A DNA stretch of 64,000 bases from Bacilli bacterium (lineage in GTDB: Bacteria; Bacillota_I; Bacilli_A; RFN20; CAG-826). The translations under genes and the position numbers were made by a program. How positions within the stretch are numbered: the stretch's first letter is position 1; each line of letters starts with the position of its first letter. The notes under the pieces were generated by a model. That model saw only the letters and a program-made list of their open reading frames with translations. It had not been told where the DNA came from and made no database searches. This document shows positions 56,911-64,000 of the stretch, one piece after another. The stretch is taken from positions 4,154-68,153 of the forward strand of contig JAZLMH010000012.1 of assembly GCA_045598525.1 (NCBI GenBank), given 5' to 3'.

Positions 56911-58713
56911 TTATTTTCCTTTCCCGATTGTAAATGAACCTTTCATATCAAAGATACGGGTTTCATGTTTGTCACTCACGGCCTGAAGCATTTGGCTATA
57001 AGGCGCGAAGATGTCAGCCGTGACATAGTCAATGCCGCTGCCGACGATAAGCTCAATTGCATTCCAGTTCTTTAAGTTACTGGCGATAATTGGCTTTTTG
57101 TATTTTATGAGTTTCTCAACGAGGGCGTGTAATTGTGATCTGATTGTTGCGTCCATGTTCTTTTCGTTTTCGTGGGAGCTGAAGTCAACAAGGAAGGCAT
57201 CACCAAGAGCAAGGATCTGAACATCCATGCGAAGGACTTTTCCTCCGAGAATAAACGAGATTTTGTATTCTTCTTCATGAAGCGATTTGAAGAGTTTGAT
57301 GACTTCTTCAAGACCAAGTTTCTCAATTGAATCAATGATGTCTTGCTCTTTGAATGTGAAGACGAGGTTTGCGTCTTTTGCGTTACGTAATCTCTTGAAG
57401 AAAAGAATGATGTTCTCGATTTCGCTGACGTTTGCAGGGTAATAAAGCTTTTGGCTCTTAAGTTCGCGTTCTGCAACATATGTGTTAAGAAGATTCTTAG
57501 CGATAGCGGCGAAAAGGTTCTTTTCATCTTTGGCACGAACAGCGTAGTTCTTAAGCTCATCAATGCCATCGAATGCACAGTCGCTTGTAGGTTCCGCTCT
57601 CCCCAAGAAGCCAACGACACGTTGTTTAGAAACCCAGTAAATAGGTCGATACGTGTACATTATCTTCTTCTCGTAGATGATGCGTTCAACTTCGCTTCTA
57701 TAGGTGACGATCTCATTCTCAGAGAAGTCGTCAATGCCTTGGTGATAGAAGTATAGGGATGAGGATGATTCAAATGCGTTAGCAGCACATCTTTTTGAGT
57801 TATTGATGATTGCCGCGCCATCACCAAGGAGGTCTTTGTTTGCGACAATGCCAACCTTGATTTCAAAGAGCGGGTCATGGGATTTGCGGTTTGCTTTAAG
57901 AACGGATGAAACCGAATTAACAACTCTGAGGGCGTAGTTAATAGCCTCGGTATTGTCGTTCATATCATAGTTAGCGATGATGAATTCCGCTTCTCCGCCT
58001 GTAAGAAGCTTTGACGTTCCTTTGACAAATGGCTCTAATGCCAAACGGTAACGGAACAAGAATGAACGGTTGAGCTTTCCGCTTTTGGAATCATCCATTC
58101 CAGCTAACTGCTTTGGCTTAAGCAAGAAGCAGAATGTCATACCATTATTAGTACCGTTGGCTTTGAGGTAGTCGATAAAGTCTCTTTCAGATGAAACAAG
58201 CAATGTTGGAGCGGTCAATGACCTTGTCGACTTCTTTTCAAGAAGAAGATATGACTCAAGATGAACGATACCTTTATCTGGGCTGCTTTTTGAGACGCGG
58301 AGGAATGAAGGTATCTTCTTGGATGATTTTCTTAAGAAGACAGTAGTCTGAAGATAATCTGTAGTTTGTTTTCCAGAAAGGAGATCATTAATCCAGTTTC
58401 TGATTCTTGCAGGCTCATGCCCTGGGAATGAGTTATAGAAATCTTCAAGCGTTCTGCTTTTCTTGTTGCTCATGTCGCCAAGGTTAAAGTAAGTGACCGT
58501 ATTCTTTGGTGAATCGATTCTAAATACACGGATGGATGACGCTTCGTAGGTCATTGCCCTTTTGAACTCTTTGTCTCTTCTAAGGGCAAAAACATAGGTG
58601 ATTATAATGGTGATTAAAAAAGCAGCGCAGAGGACGATGATCGCGCTTAAAACAACAAATTGCCAATCAACTGTGCTTGCCCAATTTTTAATAGCGTCTA
58701 ATAATTCTTGCAT
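56911..58713 (-). CDS. membrane-anchored protein with degenerate GGDEF-like (LTGGEAEF) and degenerate EAL-like (YRPI...GFLGRAEP) domains; candidate c-di-GMP receptor
   Basis: One N-terminal TM helix. The central region follows the GGDEF-domain pattern. The C-terminal region follows the EAL pattern (YRPIYW..VVGFLGRAEP; LVFTFKEQD; ISFILGG; LVDFS; ASNLKNWN..GIDYVTADIF) but lacks the catalytic Glu residues. Its stop lies 2 nt before the proS ATG. Confidence 0.6.
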   Translation of the reverse strand: MQELLDAIKNWASTVDWQFVVLSAIIVLCAAFLITIIITYVFALRRDKEFKRAMTYEASSIRVFRIDSPKNTVTYFNLGDMSNKKSRTLEDFYNSFPGHEPARIRNWINDLLSGKQTTDYLQTTVFLRKSSKKIPSFLRVSKSSPDKGIVHLESYLLLEKKSTRSLTAPTLLVSSERDFIDYLKANGTNNGMTFCFLLKPKQLAGMDDSKSGKLNRSFLFRYRLALEPFVKGTSKLLTGGEAEFIIANYDMNDNTEAINYALRVVNSVSSVLKANRKSHDPLFEIKVGIVANKDLLGDGAAIINNSKRCAANAFESSSSLYFYHQGIDDFSENEIVTYRSEVERIIYEKKIMYTYRPIYWVSKQRVVGFLGRAEPTSDCAFDGIDELKNYAVRAKDEKNLFAAIAKNLLNTYVAERELKSQKLYYPANVSEIENIILFFKRLRNAKDANLVFTFKEQDIIDSIEKLGLEEVIKLFKSLHEEEYKISFILGGKVLRMDVQILALGDAFLVDFSSHENEKNMDATIRSQLHALVEKLIKYKKPIIASNLKNWNAIELIVGSGIDYVTADIFAPYSQMLQAVSDKHETRIFDMKGSFTIGKGK

Positions 58714-58817
58714 TGTTCAATATGTGGTCTAAAAAAGACCACGAGAGCATTGTATCACGCGAGGAAGAGCTGTGCCTAATAATTTAATGATTATTAGTGC
58801 TTATATTACGAGTTTTC

Positions 58818-58846
58818 TTGTCTAAACAGCCATTGTAGTTTATGAT
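58818..58846 (+). promoter_or_regulatory. promoter TTGTCT-N17-TATGAT for tRNA-Ser
   Basis: The -10 ends 9 nt before the first tRNA nucleotide. Confidence 0.5.
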
Positions 58847-58855
58847 TTTCAAGCC

Positions 58856-58946
58856 GGAGAAGTACCCAAGCGGCTGAAGGGGTTAGTCTCGAAAACTGAT
58901 AGTGGGTGCAAGCCCAGCGAGGGTTCAAATCCCTCCTTCTCCGCCA
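58856..58946 (+). tRNA. tRNA-Ser (anticodon CGA)
   Basis: Acceptor GGAGAAG/CTTCTCC, anticodon loop CTCGAAA, a long variable arm, T-arm GAGGG-TTCAAAT-CCCTC, encoded CCA. Confidence 0.9.
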
Positions 58947-59049
58947 AAAATCAATAAAAAGACCCGCGTTTTGCTGGGTTTTTTTCATAACTGGATGTTT
59001 ATTTGGCATTTTACAACCTTCAATGCAAAAAGTAGCGTTTTCATTTTCC

Positions 59050-59078
59050 TTGATACAAAAGAAATACGCGTGTATAAA
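59050..59078 (+). promoter_or_regulatory. promoter TTGATA-N17-TATAAA
   Basis: Read directly, upstream of the AAAGGCGGA RBS and the ATG at 59106. Confidence 0.5.
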
Positions 59079-59105
59079 ATTAATACGAAAGGCGGATGTT
59101 TATAA

Positions 59106-59618
59106 ATGAAAGCATTCTTAAAATTCTCAGGTTTGATTGCTGCCGTATTAGCAATCGTTTCTATCATCCTTATGATGGCAACACCAGCTCTTAGTGCTAC
59201 AAGTGGCAACGTCACGGTCACCGTTGATGGCACAACTGTTCTCTTTGGCGCAGACACAAAGACTCTCCTTGGCACTGTCCACACAAATGGTGCTTGGTCA
59301 ACATTAGTTGGCTGGATCCTCACACTCGTTGCAGCTATCGCTCTTCTTGTTGTCGGTATCCTCCCACTTCTCAAAGTCAACGCTCTTGACAAATTTGCTG
59401 GTCTTATCGCACTTTGCTCAGCATGTGCATTAATCGTTGGCGGCGTCCTTCTCTTCTTCGTTCAGCCAGCTATGAACGCTGCTAATGCAGTCGATGCCAT
59501 CAAAGAACCATTCAAAAATTATTCTCTTGGTGCTGGTCACATTGTCGCTGCAATCCTTAACATCCTTGCAGGTCTTGTTGCTGCATGCCCAGCTGTCATG
59601 AAGCTTCTCAAGAAGTAA
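59106..59618 (+). CDS. small Gly/Ala-rich 4-TM membrane protein; paralog of 35257-35721
   Basis: Four hydrophobic segments, the ...YSLGAGHI... motif, a basic C-terminal tail (LLKK), and strongly biased codon usage. Confidence 0.7.
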   Translation: MKAFLKFSGLIAAVLAIVSIILMMATPALSATSGNVTVTVDGTTVLFGADTKTLLGTVHTNGAWSTLVGWILTLVAAIALLVVGILPLLKVNALDKFAGLIALCSACALIVGGVLLFFVQPAMNAANAVDAIKEPFKNYSLGAGHIVAAILNILAGLVAACPAVMKLLKK

Positions 59619-59644
59619 GTTGAACTTAGTTCTTCAATTTAAAA

Positions 59645-59670
59645 GGAGTCGTTAATTCGGCTCCTTTTTT
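59645..59670 (+). terminator. intrinsic terminator
   Basis: GGAGTCG-TTAATT-CGGCTCC followed by TTTTTT. Confidence 0.75.
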
Positions 59671-59683
59671 GATGTTTGTTTTC

Positions 59684-60736
59684 TTATTTGATTGGCTTCA
59701 TGAAGAAGCGTCCTGTTACTTGGCTAAGCGGTATTACCTGAGCGAAGCCATTTGGATCTTCCTTCTTTATTACCTTCATTAAATTAGGAAGCTCATAAGA
59801 TGAGACAACCATCGTGAAGACGTATTTGTCTTTACCACTATACACGCCTTTAGCGTTAACCATTGTTGCTGCGTGTGGGAGAGCTTTGATAAGCAAGCTT
59901 CCAAGTTCTTTGTTGTCTGTTACAACTTCCACTTTCATCTTCTTGTTTCTGATGTTGATTGCGTCGATGACAAGTTTTGTGACAAAGAGGTAGATGGCAG
60001 TATAGAAGGCGCCCGCAACATAAGATGCTGCAACGGTTGAATCTGTCCAACCATTAAATCTAGTAATAGATAATATGACGAAGATTGCGAGTGTTACGGC
60101 ATTCATTAAAGCGGAGTATTTGCCAACCATTGTTCTCTTACGAAGAGCGATGTAATAAGCAATGACGTCGATGCCCCCTGCTGAGAAGTCTCCTTTGTAT
60201 GCAAGGGCACTAGATAAGCCTGTACAAACACCGGCAAACACCGCTCTAGCAAGCATGCCGCCATTCTCGCTGCAGAAGATTGCAATCTTTTCTAATAACT
60301 CAAAGTTTCCAGCAGTGAATATTCTGATGAATATAGATGTTTGAATGACGTTCACGAGGGTGAGGATTGTGAATCTTTTACCAATGCCAAACCAGGCAAG
60401 GACGATAAGAGGAACGTTTAGAACGAAATATAGGACAGCATACGCTGTTGCTTCGTCGATTGATTCCCAGCCAAGGAGTTCACAAATAAGGACAATAATC
60501 TGGGTGAGACCTGAGACACCTCCAGAAAGAATCTTTTGGAAAGAACTTCCGCCTCCGATTGCAAGTTGTCCAAGATCCATGAAGGTGTTAAAGCTTGCCG
60601 CAAACAAGAAAGCACTTACCGTGGATAAAAGGATGGCTAAAAAATAATCGAAAAAGATTCTCACGCCATTATGGTCATAGAGCCAATTATTTATGTTTTC
60701 TTTGATGTCTTGAAATGTGTCTTTTAACTTTTTCAT
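59684..60736 (-). CDS. YitT family membrane protein (DUF161 repeats plus C-terminal DUF2179)
   Basis: Polytopic N-terminal part, and a soluble C-terminal domain (MKVEVVTDNKELGSLLIKALPHAATMVNAKGVYSGKDKYVF). Start at MKKLKD (60736). Confidence 0.78.
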   Translation of the reverse strand: MKKLKDTFQDIKENINNWLYDHNGVRIFFDYFLAILLSTVSAFLFAASFNTFMDLGQLAIGGGSSFQKILSGGVSGLTQIIVLICELLGWESIDEATAYAVLYFVLNVPLIVLAWFGIGKRFTILTLVNVIQTSIFIRIFTAGNFELLEKIAIFCSENGGMLARAVFAGVCTGLSSALAYKGDFSAGGIDVIAYYIALRKRTMVGKYSALMNAVTLAIFVILSITRFNGWTDSTVAASYVAGAFYTAIYLFVTKLVIDAINIRNKKMKVEVVTDNKELGSLLIKALPHAATMVNAKGVYSGKDKYVFTMVVSSYELPNLMKVIKKEDPNGFAQVIPLSQVTGRFFMKPIK

Positions 60737-61002
60737 TGTCCCAAAATTATATGATATAAATTTCATATAACAACATTTATTAATCGGCAAAGAAAAGATT
60801 GTTTCACCAAATCCAAAAATAGCGCGTTTTTGCCAATGATTTTACTTAAAATTCTTTTGCAAATCGTTGCTCTTTTTAGATTTTTTGTAGTTTTTATGGG
60901 TTTGTATAAACAAGAAGGAAAATGATTCGATATATCCTTATTTTTTTATTAAAAATAATTACTTTATTGCTGTCATTGGGGCTTAATGCTATTATTTATG
61001 GG

Positions 61003-61018
61003 CTGTTTCTAGAAACAG
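61003..61018 (+). promoter_or_regulatory. perfect 16-nt palindrome CTGTTTCTAGAAACAG in the 5' UTR of the 61044 gene
   Basis: Lies between a TTGCTG-N17-TATTAT promoter (60968-60996) and the GGAGGA RBS. Confidence 0.5.
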
Positions 61019-61043
61019 GTCACTTATTCGGAGGATTATCCTA

Positions 61044-61985
61044 ATGATCATCTTAAAATCCATCGGCGCCTTCTTCGTCAAAATCTGGCGCTGGATCAAA
61101 GAAACTGCTTGGGTCCAACCACTTCTCATCGTTGGCGCTATCTTCGCAGTTATCTTCTCAATCCCATACATCACAAACTGGGTTGCTAGCTGGAACGAAG
61201 CAGGTAATGGCGCTTTCTATAGCACATACCAAGTCTCACTCGAAGGTGAAGACACCGCTAATGCTAAAGTCTCCAAAGCTGACACAATGACAGCAATGAT
61301 CGAAGAAGCTTGCCTTGAGCACGCATTCGGTAAAGACGATATGTCCGGCAAAACAAAAGAAGAAATCGTCACCTACCAGAGCGCTACATATGGCGATGTT
61401 ATCAAAGCCTATGGCGAAAAGTTCTTCTTAGTCTACACAGCAAACAATAACAACACCGCTAACGAATTCGAAGAAGGTTTCAAATTCTTACGTGATAACT
61501 GGAATAACTCCAAGTACAACCTTAAGGCTAATGACGACAAGAACCTTGAATTCAAGATTCACGTCATCAATTCTTCAGAAGAATCATCAAACGATGACAA
61601 GTTCGACATCACCCTTGGCAAGATCAGCGCATTCAACCGTTATCTCACCAATTACACCGAACTCTTCAACGAAGCAGGCCCATGGCTCTATGAGACAATG
61701 CCATATGTCTTGAATAACGGTTCAGAAGTCGATAAGTTTGAGAAATTCTCAGTTGTCGACAGCGTCAACGACTTCCCAGTTCCATCAATCTGCTTAGTTG
61801 ACTTCACTCTTGAAGCAATCGCCGATGGCCGTGCGGGGTTAAGCGAAGTTATCTTCAATAGCTCAGGCAGCACCGCTAACGAAAAGGCTGAATTCCTTCT
61901 TGATATGTGGAACCACACCGATCCATATAGCACAGGCAACAGCTTCACAAGCACAAGCAAGAAAGCTTACTTGATCGCTAGATAA
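61044..61985 (+). CDS. N-terminally anchored extracytoplasmic protein of unknown function (313 aa)
   Basis: One TM helix (VQPLLIVGAIFAVIFSIPYI). Strong codon bias, strong RBS and its own terminator. Weak resemblance to a Cys-less thioredoxin fold. Confidence 0.7.
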   Translation: MIILKSIGAFFVKIWRWIKETAWVQPLLIVGAIFAVIFSIPYITNWVASWNEAGNGAFYSTYQVSLEGEDTANAKVSKADTMTAMIEEACLEHAFGKDDMSGKTKEEIVTYQSATYGDVIKAYGEKFFLVYTANNNNTANEFEEGFKFLRDNWNNSKYNLKANDDKNLEFKIHVINSSEESSNDDKFDITLGKISAFNRYLTNYTELFNEAGPWLYETMPYVLNNGSEVDKFEKFSVVDSVNDFPVPSICLVDFTLEAIADGRAGLSEVIFNSSGSTANEKAEFLLDMWNHTDPYSTGNSFTSTSKKAYLIAR

Positions 61986-62001
61986 TCAAAGGCAAAAATA
62001 A

Positions 62002-62027
62002 AGCGAGGCAATCAACCTCGCTTTTTT
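62002..62027 (+). terminator. intrinsic terminator
   Basis: AGCGAGG-CAATCAA-CCTCGCT followed by TTTTTT. Confidence 0.8.
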
Positions 62028-62048
62028 CTTTCTATTTATATATAAGGA

Positions 62049-62525
62049 TTATATGCCCTTCTTCTCGTATCCCTTCATGACGCATGGAGGAACGAGGCTA
62101 GAAACATCGACTCCGCCTTTTCTTAATTCGTTAACCGAACTTGACGAGACAAAGTTTTCTTCTTTTCTTGCCATGAAGAAGACCATATCGATTTCAGGAG
62201 CCGCAAACTCATTTGCTGCAGCAAGCTGGAACTCGTATTCGAAGTCGGTTACAGCGCGAAGACCCCTGATAAGGTGTTTAGCGCCAGCATTCTTACAATA
62301 ATCAACAGTGAGGCCGCTATAGTAATCAACTTTGACATTAGGGAATTCTTTAACTGCTTCTTTCATCATCTCAAGTCTTTCTTCAATGTCGAAGGTTCCA
62401 ACTTTCTTTGGGTGAACCGCAAGAAGAAGGACAACCTCATCAAAGACTTCGAGAGATCTTTTCAAAACTTCAATATGACCGTTTGTGATTGGGTCGAATG
62501 AGCCTGGGTATACTGCTTTTCTCAT
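62049..62525 (-). CDS. coaD: phosphopantetheine adenylyltransferase
   Basis: AVYPGSFDPITNGHIEV (HxGH-type motif); 158 aa. Confidence 0.95.
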   Translation of the reverse strand: MRKAVYPGSFDPITNGHIEVLKRSLEVFDEVVLLLAVHPKKVGTFDIEERLEMMKEAVKEFPNVKVDYYSGLTVDYCKNAGAKHLIRGLRAVTDFEYEFQLAAANEFAAPEIDMVFFMARKEENFVSSSSVNELRKGGVDVSSLVPPCVMKGYEKKGI

Positions 62526-62527
62526 AC

Positions 62528-63061
62528 TTATCTCCAGAGGATCAGAACTTTTGTTCTGCCATAATGATACTCTTTAGAACGAGAGAAGCACTCTTTTGGT
62601 GCATCAATTTCTCCTTCGTACTCAAGAACCACCACTGCATTATCCGTCAATCTATCGTGTTCAAGAAGGTATTTTGGAACATCCCTATAGACGTCTTTCA
62701 TCTTGTATGGAGGGTCGAGGAAAACGATGTCATATTTTTCGGTTGTATTCTCTAAAATCCCTGCAAAATCACCATTAAATACCATTCCATTAGGTTCTTT
62801 TAAGGTATTTAGGTTCTTGTTTATCGTGTTTGCGGATTCTCTATCCAACTCAACGAAATAGCAATACTTTGCACCTCTAGAAAGGGCTTCTATTCCAAGG
62901 GCTCCAGAACCCGCAAAAAGATCAAGGCAAGTAGCGCCTGGGGTTACTTGGCTTAAAGCATTCATCATCCCTGTTCGGACGATTGATTTGCTTGGAACTT
63001 CAAGATGAGGAGGAACCTCTAAGATTCTTGAACGATATTTACCGCTCGTGATCTTTATCAT
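62528..63061 (-). CDS. rsmD: 16S rRNA (guanine966-N2)-methyltransferase
   Basis: LDLFAGSGALGIEALSRGA and VFLDPPY motifs. Conserved position upstream of coaD. Confidence 0.88.
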   Translation of the reverse strand: MIKITSGKYRSRILEVPPHLEVPSKSIVRTGMMNALSQVTPGATCLDLFAGSGALGIEALSRGAKYCYFVELDRESANTINKNLNTLKEPNGMVFNGDFAGILENTTEKYDIVFLDPPYKMKDVYRDVPKYLLEHDRLTDNAVVVLEYEGEIDAPKECFSRSKEYHYGRTKVLILWR

Positions 63062-63427
63062 TTATTTCACCTTGCTTGAGAGTGTCTTTACTCTATATTG
63101 GCCAAAAAGGATATCGTCTATTTGCATATAGATGTCCCTAACTTCTACGAAGGCCTCGCTATATTCTTTTGCTAAAGGATAAGAATCCATTTCTAGCTTT
63201 GCTTCGTATAATGCCTTTTCCACTGCTTTTGCTTCTTGTGAATCTTTATCCATATATGAAAGAAGGGAATTATATTGTCTTTCAAGGTCATCTTTCTTTT
63301 TGGCTAACTCTAAAAGATGACTATCATCATAGAGTTTTTTCTCTAATTCATTTAGGCGAATGGTGCGTGGATCACTATCAAGCGCCTTTTTAAGTTCTTC
63401 CAAACATTTCTGAAGCATTAAGTCCAT
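63062..63427 (-). CDS. YlbF/YmcA-like helical protein
   Basis: A 121-aa all-helical protein in the same position as ylbF in the Bacillus ylbF-rsmD-coaD neighbourhood. Sequence similarity was judged by eye only. Confidence 0.45.
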   Translation of the reverse strand: MDLMLQKCLEELKKALDSDPRTIRLNELEKKLYDDSHLLELAKKKDDLERQYNSLLSYMDKDSQEAKAVEKALYEAKLEMDSYPLAKEYSEAFVEVRDIYMQIDDILFGQYRVKTLSSKVK

Positions 63428-63462
63428 ACTCCTATAGTTTAAAGATTTTGTGATAGAATGTA

Positions 63463-64000
63463 ATGCGTATGTTAAGAATTGTTAAAGACAATGCGGCTAG
63501 TCTCCGCGCGAGATCCACTTTAGTAGAAGATCCAAAATCTCCAGAAATCAAAGCCGTTCTTGATGAGATGATAGAATATTTGATTAATTCACAGGACCCA
63601 GAATTCTTAGAGAAGAACCCAAAAGTCCGTGAAGGCGTTGGTTTAGCCGCGCCTCAAATCGGCATCAATAAGAGAATGCTAGTCATCTATTACGAGAACG
63701 AAGAAGCTCCAGATGGCTTTACAAAATATCAATTAGTTAATCCTGTCATCGTCTCCTCTAGCGTTCGCCAGTGCTATATCCAAAGCGGCGAAGGATGCTT
63801 AAGCGTTGACGATGAGCATGAAGGATATGTTCCTCGTGCTTTTAAAGTCACGGTCAAAGCTTATGATGCTTTGGTTGGAAAAGACGTTCAAATAAGAGCA
63901 ATCGGATTTGATGCGGTTGTCCTTCAGCATGAAATTGATCATCTTAATGGCGTTCTATTCTATGACCACATCGACAAGAAGAACCCATTCAAAGAAATAC
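63463..64000 (+). CDS. def: peptide deformylase (3' end beyond the window)
   Basis: GVGLAAPQIG, EGCLSV and HEIDHLNG motifs. ATG at 63463 (or 63469). The frame stays open to the window edge. Confidence 0.93.
   Translation, partial: MRMLRIVKDNAASLRARSTLVEDPKSPEIKAVLDEMIEYLINSQDPEFLEKNPKVREGVGLAAPQIGINKRMLVIYYENEEAPDGFTKYQLVNPVIVSSSVRQCYIQSGEGCLSVDDEHEGYVPRAFKVTVKAYDALVGKDVQIRAIGFDAVVLQHEIDHLNGVLFYDHIDKKNPFKEI

Noticed and set aside
56065-57620. ORFs of 195 aa and 171 aa on the same strand, overlapping proS and the GGDEF/EAL gene.
   Set aside because: They are alternative frames of well-supported genes, with Ser/Lys/Thr-rich nonsense-like composition.
58727-58745. The hairpin GTGGTC-TAAAAAA-GACCAC upstream of the GGDEF/EAL gene could be a terminator.
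   Set aside because: There is no upstream co-directional gene to terminate, because the region is a divergent promoter with tRNA-Ser. The stem is only 6 bp. It is noted as a 5' UTR structure within the corresponding finding instead.

Overview
The window is a chromosomal segment from a low-GC Firmicutes/Mollicutes-like bacterium that uses the standard genetic code (TGA is a stop, for example at 27023-27025). It is densely coded, about 90%.

Housekeeping content:
- Single genes: priA, gmk, rqcH, glpK, an M24B Xaa-Pro peptidase, yigZ, trxA, archaeal-type proS, and a partial def.
- A complete nine-gene F1Fo ATP synthase operon (atpIBEFHAGDC).
- The ylbF-like/rsmD/coaD block.
- Four tRNAs: Asp-GUC, Gly-UCC, Ser-GCU and Ser-CGA.

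Unusual accessory content interleaved with these:
1. A minus-strand operon (29305-33598) encodes a 280-aa and a 1052-aa exported protein plus a small membrane protein. The two large proteins share a SipW/TasA-type 'AAWF' N-terminus. The operon follows a roughly 170-nt leader that looks like a c-di-GMP-I (GEMM-I) riboswitch with a terminator expression platform.
2. A membrane protein with degenerate GGDEF and EAL domains is transcriptionally fused to proS.
3. A 1952-aa single-polypeptide fusion combines a transglutaminase-like domain, DUF4011, an Upf1-like SF1 helicase, a DUF559-type nuclease and DUF3320. It lies next to a tRNA-Ser and two orphan genes.
4. A 2245-aa membrane-anchored giant protein is translationally coupled to yigZ.
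5. An orphan vsr sits in an overlapping-gene chain with a low-molecular-weight tyrosine phosphatase (LMW-PTP) and an active-site-degenerate Fic protein. This chain is downstream of a Sel1-repeat protein, a heterodimeric ABC exporter and a lipoprotein.
6. An AAA+/DUF4143 ATPase is inserted between gmk and priA.

No CRISPR array, IS element, integrase or rRNA gene was seen. All functional calls rest on motifs read by eye from the translations; no database search was possible.
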